The notes under the pieces were generated by a model. The model was not told the DNA's origin. It ran no database searches and saw only the letters and a list, made by a program, of their open reading frames with translations. Shown here piece by piece: positions 11,480-22,822 of a DNA stretch of 52,379 nucleotides (its first letter is position 1; each line of letters begins with the position of its first letter). Source of the DNA: Phoronis australis (Eukaryota > Animalia > Phoronida); the NCBI GenBank assembly GCA_002633005.1, contig NMRA01000596.1, forward strand, positions 192,998-245,376, read 5' to 3'. A program made the position numbers and the translations under genes.

Positions 11480-12850
11480 GGCAACATACGTCCATGGGAA
11501 CATCCGGAGGGAAGAACACGGAGCCGTCGGAACGTCGGGGCAGGGGAATATGTAGAGAACCGACTAAAGGAATTCATTGAAAGTTGACACAGAAGTTTGC
11601 TGTGGCAATGCGGCCGCACCATTGAATTTCCGAGCAGATTCGACCACTGCAGCACCTCTTAGTGGCCGTTTTATTTTCGACATGGGCTTTTCAAATGCAG
11701 TTTGTGTGAAGAGCTCTTCTGGATGATATCTAAAGAAGCGATTGGTGGAATTTGTTCACACTTGACGCAATGGTATATTAGGAAATTGCGCTGACATTAT
11801 TTGATTTTCAGGCAGATTTGGTAGCCATTTGTGTGCTAGTGTTTCCGCATGATAGGTAGAAAACTGACTGAAGGATTTCATTGAAAGTTGAATATGTGAT
11901 GACAACACGATGGCAACACTAAATATTGGGTTAGGTTCGACCACTGTAACAACTCGTAGTTGCCAATTCGTGTGAGAGCGTCTCTGGGTGATATGTACAT
12001 GTAGAGAACAGATAAATAGAATTAAATGAAAGTCGACACGGAGGAATGTGATGGCAATGTGCTAGCACCATGAAATGTTCGGTTTGATTTGGTCACTGGT
12101 GGCACTGAGGTATATGAAGCCAATGCGCTGGCAGCATTTCATTTTCGGGCCAATTCGATCACTTTAGCACATTCTGGTGGCCATTTTGGTGCAGGCAGTT
12201 TCAGGAAGGTATCGTGAGATCTGATCAAATTATTTTAACAAAAGATGACTTAGGGGTATGTGATGTCATTGCGCTTGCACCATTTCATTTTTGTGCTGAC
12301 TTTACCGCTGCTGCACCTCCTAGTGACCATTTTGTTCTCGACATGGGGCTTTCCAAGTGTTGTTTGTGGAAGTGTTGTTGGATGATATCTAGAGAAGCGA
12401 TTAAGGGATATCAATGAAACTTGGCAACGCGCCAGTGCCATTACGTTTTCAGACAGATTTGGCGATTGCAATACCTCCTAATGGTAATTTTGTTATCGTC
12501 AAAGAGCTTTTAAGTGTTGTTTGGTGGTTTTGTTTCTGGATGATATCAAAAAAGATTAACAGATCTCGCTAAAAGTTGTCGCTGAAGTATACTTTGTCAA
12601 TGCGAATGGATTCTACCACTTCAACACCCTCTAGTGGCCATTTTTGTGAAGCTATTTCCGAATGATACCTTTTGAACTGATTGATGGATGTTCATGGAAT
12701 TTGAGAATGTTGCACCACCATTAAACGTCCTGGCGTATTCGAGTGTTGCGAGTACTGGGCAATTTGTTCTCAAGGGGTTTTCATGCGCTGTTGTTTGGGG
12801 GAAGAGCAACTCCAGACGCTATCTACTAGCACCTCGCCGTAATCTTAGAA
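11480..12850 (+). mobile_element. Older HINE-like element or array of diverged internal repeats
   Basis: Recurrent cacctc(c/t)tagtggcca and ggatgatatc.a.agaagcgatt blocks, similar to the HINE core repeats elsewhere in the window. Confidence 0.45.
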
Positions 12851-14131
12851 ATACATGTATGTTGAATGAGATGCACCGTGGACGTACGCCATGTCAAAAT
12901 AAGCTGTAGATGGTTTGAGTTGTGGATCCAGCCAAAGCATATGAAGCTTAACTATTAGCTGCACTCTGTACACAGGGAGGTTCAATCACGTCAAAAGCTA
13001 TCCAGATATTGCAATCGGAGCCTTAGTCGAACTGTCGCCAAAACTTTGATTGACATGTGTCTGCTCAATGGAGCAAAGCATCACCGTATATACCCTTCTT
13101 TAGAGTACATGAAGGTCCATGTCTGTGCAGCCGAAATAATGCGAACTTTCATGGAAGGTTTTGAGTCAAGTGTGTTGCACCATAGACTATAGTACATGGA
13201 CCACCAAGTCCGTATATTTTCAATGGACCAAATCTGTGCTCTTACGCACAAGTCGTAACGTCATTATTCACTAGCGACACCTGGTCAAATTATCGGGTTT
13301 TATTTCGGGTAAGTACGTCGTCTGCTAATCATGGTTGGCTGTTGCGTGGTGGTTGCAGCATTGCTAGAAGTTCTCACGATAGCAATAGTTTTGGTATTGG
13401 AAAACTTTGAACAGCGTTTCAATGCCGAAATGATTTTTTTCGTTGTACTGCAGAGTAAAATAAATGAGAGAATTTCCCCGTCACAATACACTAACCGGAA
13501 TTAGCTAATTTAGGAGAGTGGCGCCTCCTCTAGGATAGTATGCAAGAAAATGTCGGAGATGCGAATCTGTTGTCTTTAATCTAGGGTTGCATAGATGCTC
13601 AAGCATGGTGGTGTTTCTTGTATTTTTTACATTTTAAATATTTTTTTCTTTGTGGTTCTCTTATGAAATTGTGCTTTTCATTTGAAAGGTTGATGTTCAA
13701 CATTGAATGCACGTCAAAGTCTACCGTTTTACAATGGATGACAGTTTCACTAACACATTTTTAAAATTACTCTCGTGGCCTTGGTTTTACTTAGTTGCTT
13801 CAAACATAGGCACATGCGCCTAGTTACGGATTAAGGTGGTACAGTTTCACATAAAAGGACGTGAACCTAAACTCATGTACACGTGTTTACACTAAGGAGA
13901 CGTTGTGAATTATCATATTAGCTTGCTGTCTAGAATTTAATTGATTTTGTAAAGTGGTTCGATAACTTTGTCTCATAAGCAATCTGTTTCAAAATCCACT
14001 GCTTGACATTTACTATCATAAATTGAAGAAAGCAGTGTCAGAAGACTATTCCAACTGCTTATTTCATGCAGACGTCGCATGGTGGCACTTTTGTAACAAT
14101 GTATTAGTATTAAAAGCTCTTGTCTTTTTAG

Positions 14132-14233
14132 TACCGGCAGTTCAAGAGAGCCGGCCTTGCCGTGTGCTTTGAGATCCCCAGTGTCCATAAAGCCTTCGCA
14201 AGTCTTGTTGCAGACGTGGAGCAATGCCCATGA
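14132..14233 (+). CDS. DNASE2: DNase II terminal coding exon (YRQFKRAGLAVCFEIPSVHKAFASLVADVEQCP*)
   Basis: Acceptor ctttttag| at 14130-14131, phase 0, TGA at 14231-14233. Aligns with the DNase II C-terminus (R-GGG-xxC...KAF..LV...C). The six exons total 768 nt, i.e. 255 aa plus stop, in frame. Confidence 0.88.
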   Translation, partial: YRQFKRAGLAVCFEIPSVHKAFASLVADVEQCP

Positions 14234-14588
14234 AGCAGGTGTACTTCCGGAATCTACTTGACAATTCATAATGCTGATGAAGTAGATTGCATCATGAAAT
14301 GTAAAAAGTAGTTTTAAAGTGAATTTGCATCTGTGTAAAGAATACAAATGTGTAATATTCTGAGATTTGCATTTTATGACTTATTCTGCTGATAATGCCT
14401 GCTTGCCATGTATCTTTCCAAATTTACAATTGCCATGTGATGAATTTAAAAAAAAATTATAGAACGTCTTTGATCATGCCAAGTCCCTGTAGACATAGGC
14501 CCTCGACAGATTAACTTCTAACTGACCATAGATGTTATTGTGTATGTTTTAACACCTAAAAGTTCTTACTGAAGAAAAGGCGACAGGA

Positions 14589-14594
14589 AATAAA
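14589..14594 (+). promoter_or_regulatory. Candidate polyadenylation signal of the DNase II gene
   Basis: AATAAA about 355 nt after the stop codon; positional inference only. Confidence 0.35.
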
Positions 14595-14635
14595 GCACAT
14601 GGATTGATCCGCTAGTAGATTAGTCTGTTATGCTG

Positions 14636-14810
14636 CCTCCCGTTCAGTAAGGCTAGGACCTCGCTAAAAAGCAAGACTTCACGAGATTACGTGAGATATT
14701 GCCGTGTATTTTAAATACAAACACGTGACTTTGACTAGATTTTAGCTAGGTCCTAGCGTAGGTCCTAGCGTAGGTCCTAGCGTAGGTCCTAGCGTCTACT
14801 GAACGCACGC
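14636..14810 (+). mobile_element. Harbinger-like MITE, copy 1 (CTG TSD, four 12-bp units)
   Basis: Ends CCTCCCGTTCAGTA / TACTGAACGCACGC with CTG on both flanks; (TAGGTCCTAGCG)4 at 14747-14794. Confidence 0.8.
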
Positions 14811-15279
14811 CTGGTTTAAACGCTCAATTTGGCATCTACGAAGCAGGAAACGTCTCTGCAGTAGTATAGTTCCACTTCGCGCTGTGAAAAGGTGGACGTG
14901 TGGTTGTACACTTGGCTCTAGACACTGATGATTGAAGTGCCCGCATTGAATCCCGTTCATTGTAGTTTGATATTTTTTATCATTGGGGGCTCTGTGGAAA
15001 AAGATGTGTGGAAATATTTGCAGTATTTTGAAGGTAAAGGGGTGACTAAGGCCAAGCAGAAACAACCGCTCTCGTTTCATTTACCAGGCAAAGGTTTGAG
15101 ACTTTAGAGCACATACCATTTGCACCCAGTTTTATAGAAGAAATCAATATCATTTTCAAACAGTCTGAGAGAAAATTTGACTGCTACTTTACCCTGAAAT
15201 AAATGGGCCATATGAAACGCACACGTTCCGGCTGCTTACACAAACAAGTTCTGAAAGCCGCTGAAGTGCCAAGTGCCCA

Positions 15280-15490
15280 AGTTCCTGAAAGAAAAGAGCC
15301 CTGGCACAATGTATTATCAGAAAGTTAAGGAGGCCGTTTACATCAAGACCAGATAGCCCAGCATTAATAGGGACCAAGGACTGCAGCTCCCCCACGTGTA
15401 TGACAAAATCCCGTATCTGGGTCACCGAGACGAGCGAAATCCATTCGTTGAAGGAAGCTCCTAGCTGAAGGCGGAAATGACCGAATCATC
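15280..15490 (+). mobile_element. Penelope-like element 3' relic (C-terminus of the GIY-YIG region)
   Basis: Reads RKVKEAVYIKTR*PSINRDQGLQLPHVYDKI, matching the R.xKEAxxI...PxLNRDxG..LP..Y end of PLE proteins. Confidence 0.65.
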
Positions 15491-15694
15491 CAAAGCAAAT
15501 GTTCGTAGCAAGTGGAATTTCCTGTTGGGGCAATTTCACTATGAGAAGAGATCAGTTTTTAATATCCTTACATGTAACTGGTTAACTAAATTTACAGTTC
15601 AAGTAAGTCAAACGTTTAAAATGTAGAATACACTGTATATCCGACGCATCTTTTGTCGTGTTGGCGGTGACTTCATTTTTTCACTCTTCAAAAC

Positions 15695-15860
15695 ATCAAA
15701 AGGATACCAAACCCGGTTTTGGCCTATTAACAAATACTAAAAACGACATTCCCATCCATTTCTCCGAAACAAAATAATGCTCTTTAATCCTTGACCGCCT
15801 TCAAAAGTTTGCACGAAAATTTGAAAACTCCTATCAAAGTTAGCTAAACGGGAAAGCTTG
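15695..15860 (+). repeat. Dispersed repeat; inverted second copy at about 43960-44120
   Basis: gatacca.mcccggttttggcctat.aaca.a.actaaaaacgac.ttcccatc is shared between both loci; class uncertain. Confidence 0.65.
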
Positions 15861-15949
15861 ACTTGAAAATTATGACTGCTAATCGCCACCTGCAATAAAA
15901 AGTTGTGTAAATAATCCCAAGGACATAGAGAAAGCTGAAACTCAAACAG

Positions 15950-16918
15950 CCGATTTCATAAATGTGGTTTAACAAAACCAAGTTTAAGACTTAAACCTGG
16001 TCTTCCTAAACCTGTTCTAATTTTAAGCCCAACTTGCATTTCACCAACCTGGTTTAAAAGTCTGAAAGCCTGGTTTTGCTAGATCAGGGAGCAGTTGCGT
16101 AACACCAGGCGTGCATTCAGTAAACGCTAGGACCTACGCTAGGACCTAGCTAAAATCTAGTCAAAGTCACGTGCTCTTATTTAAAAGACACAATATCTCA
16201 CGTTATCTCGCGAAGTCTTGCTTTTTTGCGAAGTCCTAGCGTTACTGAACGGGAGGCTGGTTTAAAGTATCCAAGGCACCCTACTGTGTAGAGCTCGATT
16301 AACCCAACAAAGAAACTGTTGAAGTGCTTCAACGGAACTGTGATCACGTGAGTATCAATGAGAGAATACAGTGGTATGTAAAATCAGTCCAGACGTGCAT
16401 CTCCTGGTGGCTCTGTCATCATTAAAATGAGTACAAAAAGGCCGGAAAACTTTTCTCCAGAGGAAAAAGGTTTCCTCAAAGAACTGATTACCAGTACAGA
16501 AAAAATCGAGGTCAAAGGGAACAAGATTATGATGTCTGTCATTTTCTGTTTTGCCATTGAAGTTTGAGTCGTCGTAAAATTGAAATTATTTTTCTGTCGC
16601 TCTAAAATTGCGTCTGCGACGCACGCCGCGACGTTTTTCAGCAGCACGGTTGAGCACATGTACATCGCGCAAGCCAGAATCAGTCACCTTTACGTTGTTA
16701 AACCTGGGTCTGACCAGGCTCAAAGTCTTAGCACAGATCTAAGAAACTTAGACCACGGTGGAAAAATGAAAAGCGTCTTAGGCCAGGTTTAAACTGGTCA
16801 GGAGATAAACCAGGTTTTACTAGAATACTGGTCTAAAAGTGAAAAGCGGGTTATCTTTAAATCCGGTCTTGGTCCACTTTAAACCAGGTGTAACTTTAAA
16901 CCACCTTTATGAAATCGG
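15950..16918 (+). mobile_element. Non-autonomous PIF/Harbinger-like element with a Myb/SANT-like relic
   Basis: TIR CCGATTTCATAAA.GTGGTTT / AAACCACCTTTATGAAATCGG and many aaaccagg subterminal motifs. MSTKRPENFSPEEKGFLKELI near 16428 resembles the N-terminus of Harbinger Myb/SANT proteins. Confidence 0.7.
16109..16256 (-). mobile_element. Harbinger-like MITE, copy 2 (nested; two 12-bp units)
   Basis: Reverse complement of 14636-14810; flanked by CAG / CTG. Confidence 0.8.
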
Positions 16919-16919
16919 A

Positions 16920-17680
16920 TAAAAGAGAGTGGAAGTCCAAATTATGCCACTTAACATCATCACGGTCAGAATTCCATCTTTCAAATTAGTGGAATGGAAG
17001 TGCACGCTACAGCTCACACAGGAAGGCATTGTAAATAAAATGCTTACCACGACTGTTAAGAAACCAGTTGATTCGCCATGGAGCAATAGCGTTGTTCTCG
17101 TGCGGAAAAAGGACCTGGTGCTCTTCGATTCTGTGACGAAAACGCAGTGATTAAAAAGACGCTTACCCGTTGCCACGCATTGACACTGTCTCAGGTGGCT
17201 TTCTGGGCCAAAGTCCTGGTTTTCGTCATTAGATGGGGCATGTGGGTGTTGGCAGGTTCCCATGAAAGAACGTGACAAGAAGAAAACTTCGTTGGAATGT
17301 CACAGGGGACTGTTTCAGTTACGGTCTGTAAGGTTTTATGCAAGCGCTAGCTTTCAGCGGCTCGTCAAGAAAGACTTCAAGACACGCGGTGGAAGAATGC
17401 TCTTATGTACAGAGATGACGTTTTGGTGTTTTGCACTGTCATTTTGGGGGCCTTCGGCTACCTTTGAGAATCCTTCACGGAATGGTGAGTCGGGGTTACG
17501 GCTGAAGCCGAAGTAGTGCATTCTGTTCCGTGACGATAAGTGTCTTTCTTAGGAAACGTGGTTTCGGAAAGCGGATTGACATGCGATCCGCGCAAAGAAG
17601 CAGCGGTTGCAGATTGGAAGACCACCCACGCCAGTGGCGGACGTCCAGTGTAGAAAAATTAGAGGTAAGTAGGCACCGAA
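16920..17680 (+). mobile_element. Decayed Ty3/Gypsy pol (RT) fragment
   Basis: Frameshifted motifs SPWSNSVVLVRKKD, KDAYPLPRID, FSSLD...WQVPM...DKKKT and GLRLKPK. Confidence 0.8.
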
Positions 17681-17879
17681 TGTCCACCGTATCACCTTGA
17701 GCACTGAATTTTAAAAGTGCACTGAATTCGCACTATAACGTAATTTACGGTGCGTAGGCGCTACGTTTAAATGCCAAAAGGTGGTTGGCTGCGTCTACGT
17801 GAGCCTACGCCTCACCACAGCACTGCGGACGTCCTCAGTTGCTAAATAATAACTTTGAATGTGAAGTTGGTGAAACCCA

Positions 17880-20800
17880 TCATGATGATAAAGGAACGTT
17901 GTTGTCCTCGAATTACTTATTGAAAAGCAAGTCTCAATAACGTTAACTAATATTTATGGTCCCAACAAGGATGACCCTGATTTTTTAGAACCCTGCTTCA
18001 AGTAGTCTCTGGTTACAATTCAGAGTTCATAATCATTTGCGGCGACTGGAATTTGGTTCAGCACTTCAATCTTGACTGTTTAGGATACAAGCACCAACAC
18101 TATTCGGCTTTAAGAGAACAAGTTATCAGTCTGATGTCGCAGTTGAATGTGGTCGACCCCTTGATTCAGAATTACCCTTGTAAGCAAGCGCGTCTGGACC
18201 AATTGTCTGGACTATTTTCTAGTGTCCAGGTTATAGAACCGATCACCATTGTGTCGTGACTACTATTCAGGCCTCTAAATTTGTTATAGGTAAAGGTCTC
18301 TGATGACTTAACAAATCCTTATTACGTGATGTAGAATATATCAGTAATGTGAAAGACATCATAGTTAAAACAGAGAAGGAATATTTAACTCCTGATAATG
18401 ACTCCAATTTGTCAGTCGACTATAGACGACTCTCTTCTTTTTGGGATGATTCTATTAAGTATTAGAAATTAACTTTGTCTTATTCAGCTTTCAAGAAAAA
18501 AGAAAAGCATCGACGTGAAAAGAATTTAGAGGAGCAAATAAGTTTTCTTAGAGAAGTGATGTGCAACAGTAATTCTGCTCTGCTCTGCTCCTTGAAATTC
18601 AGTCAGATTTGCAGAAAGATTACGAAGAAATTAGAAAGGACAAAGTGAGAGGCATGAGGCTGAGATGTAGGGCAAAATGTATCGAGGATGGTGAAAAACC
18701 GTCCAAATATTTTAGTAACTTAGAAAAACGCAATTACGTGAACAAGAATGCTCACAAACTTATAGACGAGACTGGACGAACCTTAACAAACCAAAAAGCT
18801 ATACTGTGTGCAATCGAAAAGTTCTGTGCAAATTTATATGCAGCCAAAGAAAATGACTCTCTCCAATATGAATTAGAAGACTTGCTGACTCTGAAAATTT
18901 AACGAAAGTAGACGCCGACTTGAAAAAAAACAGAAGGACCAATAACATGTACTGAAGCGGCGGCTGTCCTCAAATGTATGAAAAATGACAAAACTCCGCG
19001 GACTGATGATTTTCCTGTAGAGTTTTACAAATTTTTTGGAAAGAATTGTCACCATTTGATCGAATCTTTTAATTACAGTTTTCGAACTGGCCGTCTCCCT
19101 ACCACTATGTGTCATTACTTTGATTCCTAAGGGCAAGAAACCAGGTGAATATATTAAAAATTGGAGACCAATCTCCTTACTAAATTCAATTCAAGTTATA
19201 AACTATTATCAGCATGTATTGCACAAAGGATAAAATCAAATTTAAATAAGTTAATTCATCCTAATCAAACTGGGTTTCTCTCAGGTCGTTTTATCGGGGA
19301 GAACACCAGAGTAATTTATGACATCTTACAATGTACTCAAGTTAAGGATATTCCCGGACATCTAGTATTACTCGATTTCGAAAAAGCCTTTGATTCTGTG
19401 TCCTGGGGATTTCTTAAGAAAGTTCTACACTATTTCAATTTTGGTGACGATATTATTAGTTGGTTCACAATACTCATTGAAAGTGTCCATTTTTTGGTCA
19501 TTCAGTATGGCTTTACGTCTAAGTACTTTAACAAATGCCGAGGTTGCAGACAAGGGGATCCCCTTTCACCTTATCTTTTTTTGTTGCGTGCCGAAATTAT
19601 GGCATCTATGTTAAGGCAATGCGAGAATGTTAAAGGCATAAAAATAGACTCTTTAGAGTGTAAATTAATGCAATATGCAGCGACACGGTCCTCTTTCTAT
19701 ATGGTTCAGAGACCTCTTTAAAATCGTCACTTAACCTTCTTGACGGTTTGACACCCAATATCGATAAAACTGTTTATATATGTATTGGTTCCAAGATATG
19801 TTGTGGTGATAAGCTTTGTTGTGAAAAAGATTTAAAATGGGTAAATTCCCAGTTCACATCCGTTGGAATTAACTCCTCTGTCAACTTACAGAACATGATT
19901 CACTTAAACTACGATTTAAAATTAAACGAGGTTAGAAAAGGCATTAAAAATTGGTCAAAAAGAAATTTAACCACCTTTGGTAAGATAACGGTTGCCAAAT
20001 CTTTTTTATTACAAAACTGGTTCACCTCTTTTACACACTTCCTCTTTTTCCAAGTGCTACTTTTTTCAAGGAATTTGAAAAAATATTTTTAATTATATAT
20101 GGGTACCTCTTTTGATAGAATCTCAAGAAAGACCATGGTACAGAAATCTGAAGATGGGGGTGGGAATATGGTCCATACTGCTGACTTGGATTCGGAGATT
20201 CTTCAAAAATTATCTCAATATTTCTCCTTGGCTAAATATTTTATGTGAAACTATTCCTCATATAAAAATGATTCTTTTCAGTTAGGTTCTTGTTTTTCCT
20301 TGAAGTAGCTAACCGTACTAAGAATATTTTTGAAAGGACATTTTTATATCTTATACCAATTTATCAATCTGTGTGAGATAGATGACCTTTTGTACCAACC
20401 TTTGTGGTATAACCCCAAAATTTGTATAGACAGTAGTCCAATTTTTGGAAGGAGTGGTTTCAAAAGGGTATACGATACGTATACGATTTAATTGACCCTG
20501 ATAAAGGATATATTTATGATTATCATACCTTTTGTACACGTTTTTAATTTTACCCTTGTATTACTCATTTTTATGGAATTCGAAGTTCAATACTTCGTTC
20601 CTGGTATCATCTAAGAGACAAGAGTACTATAGTCACTCCATTTTTTCCAGAACATATTTGTCGAATCTCTTCAGAAAATAAAGGGACGGGGAACATCTAT
20701 CAATTATTCATTTCCAAATTGTATGTAAAACCTGTCGCGGAATTGAAGTGGGAGAGAGAAATTAACTAATGCGATGATACTCAGTCTTGGAAAATAATCC

Positions 20801-21284
20801 CTCTGCAATTTATCATTGTACTTCCGATGTCAGACTCAGATGGTTTCAATTCCGTATCAACCACAGACTTATGGGTACAAACTCTTATTTAAAGAAAATA
20901 GGTGTTAGTGAATCGTCTTTGTGTTCTTTCTGTGAGCAACACGAAGAAACAATTGTACATTTGTATTGGGAATGTTTACTTGTTTAGAAGTTCTGGGGAT
21001 GATTAAAAACATAGATGATAAATCATTGCAATTTCCCTCTACAGTTAAATATGTCTTGTTTGGAGATCTAGCGTGTAGATTAGATGTTGTAAATTTAATT
21101 CCTTACTTAGCGAAATTCCACTTATATAGGCAAAGACGGCAAAAAGCTAAGCCCAATTTTCAGTCATTTTTACGTGAGGTAAGTGATTACCATTTGATTT
21201 GTTTGATGTACTTGACTAGATTTCATATTGCTGTACAAATATGTAGTGGTTGGTTGAATTAATAAATCTTTCATTAAAAAAAAA
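17880..21284 (+). mobile_element. Decayed L1/Tx1-clade LINE ORF2 (endonuclease, RT, CCHC finger, polyA)
   Basis: NIYGPN.DDPDF and CGDWN endonuclease relics; GEKPSKYF; QTGF..GRFIGEN; LDFEKAFDSVSW; GCRQGDPLSPYLF; CSFC...ETIVHLYWEC. AATAAA at 21261 and an A-run at 21276-21284. Many stops and frameshifts. Confidence 0.92.
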
Positions 21285-21517
21285 CTTGCTTCGCATCAAC
21301 ATTCCATGAACTAATGTTCAACGTTCGTTTTTTTTTCGAGTATCGATAAATATGTATGTATATACGTTGTACCAATATGTATGTAAAACTGAACGTGCTA
21401 ATGCCTACTTCACATCCACGTGCATATCTCTCACGTGATCCTCGTAATGACACCTATTGAGATAGAAAATAACGTCAGCGACATCTGTTTCCGATGTATT
21501 GAGGAGGCACAGAACAG

Positions 21518-21655
21518 CCTCCCGTTCAGTAACACTAGGACCTCGCTAAAAAACAAGACTTCGCGGGATTACGTGAGATGTTGCCGTGGATTTTAAATGA
21601 GAACACGTGGCTTTGGCTAGATTTTAGCTAGGTCCTAGCGTTACTGAACGCACGC
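21518..21655 (+). mobile_element. Harbinger-like MITE, copy 3 (CAG TSD, one 12-bp unit)
   Basis: Same termini as 14636-14810; CAG at 21515-21517 and 21656-21658. Confidence 0.8.
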
Positions 21656-22264
21656 CAGTTCTCACAGGGGTTTGCCTATCGGAACACGCGTCAATGGACT
21701 CTTCACCCTTTCTTCACTCTGTCAAAAACTGCATGCAAAAAAAGACAAATTTTGAGTCATTTCACATCACAAGCCCTACAGATGAGCACAGAAACTCTAT
21801 TCTCTCTTGTATTTTTGACCCTTTCACACCCACTGAAAATCAACCTCAACTAAGAAAAATAGGGGGAAAATGCACTTTTGACCCCAAAACCACCACTTCG
21901 CTGCCGATGGTCGACTAAAGCCAATTTCCTACCGATTCCAAAAGTGTGATCCAAAAGTACTGTCAACCAACTAGTTGTTTTGGAAATCTGGCTTGTTTGA
22001 GGGCTACCTGAAATCGCGGCCAAATTTTCAGTTTTGACAATTGCAACAGGGGGCCATCATCTTGAAGAGCGCAGCTACAACCGAACAAGTGGCATTTTTT
22101 ATTCTCAGCATGTTCACAAATTCATACAAACCCCATTCATTTGGCCTACATACAATCCTAACTAAAAAATTCCCCCAAGCGTGGCCTACCCTAGATTTTA
22201 ATATTTTGTGAGGGCAAATTGGCCGCGGCCGCAGTGTAACTGTTCAGTGCTACCTGAGGATTTT

Positions 22265-22510
22265 GCAGTGTTGTGTAGGCGGGGTGGTGTTATTACAGTA
22301 TGTGTTTTGTGGATTTTGGGGTGTTGTGACAATTGTGGGAAGTGTTCTGGCGATTTTGGGTGGTGTTGTAGCGATTGTGGGTGGTGTTGTGGAGATTGAA
22401 GGGGGTGTTGTAGCGCTTGTGGGGGTGTTGTGAACTTTGTAGCGTGTTGTGAACGTTATAGGGTGTTGTGATATATGTAGAGTGTGGTAATATTTGCGGG
22501 GTGTTGTGGC
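22265..22510 (+). repeat. Degenerate GT-rich ~21-bp minisatellite
   Basis: Recurrent ggtgttgt...ttgtggg units. Confidence 0.8.
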
Positions 22511-22822
22511 ACCTACACGCTTCCCTAGCAGGCAGTCTACCATCGTACGTATTGAAAGCTATGGTGAGACCTGTTAGTGTCGACCAGAGCCCACCCGGCA
22601 GAAAACACGAAAATTTTTGTTTACTAAATTACAGCGCGATTCTGTGGCGATTGCTGAAGACATGCGAGAGCGCAAAGCTAATGTATTCCTTATGGGGTGA
22701 AATAATAAATCTTCAAAACGAATGCATTCTACATCGTTAATTCTGAAACAATCCTTTGGTTGTCTGTTGACTAGGACATACAGAAGGTTCTAATGCAAGA
22801 CTTTGTCGCGCCGTGCTCTTTG

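Noticed and set aside
12960-13220. Possible additional DNase II exon or transposase piece in the last intron
   Set aside because: The DNase II frame is complete without it and no motif was recognised.
14747-14794. CRISPR-like array or other prokaryotic system
   Set aside because: The repeats are contiguous without spacers and the window is spliced eukaryotic DNA; no cas or operon-like genes were seen.
22250-22543. Thr/Pro-rich mucin-like ORF as a possible continuation of the LRR gene
   Set aside because: It is a translation of the GT-rich minisatellite, with no supported splice link and no TM segment.
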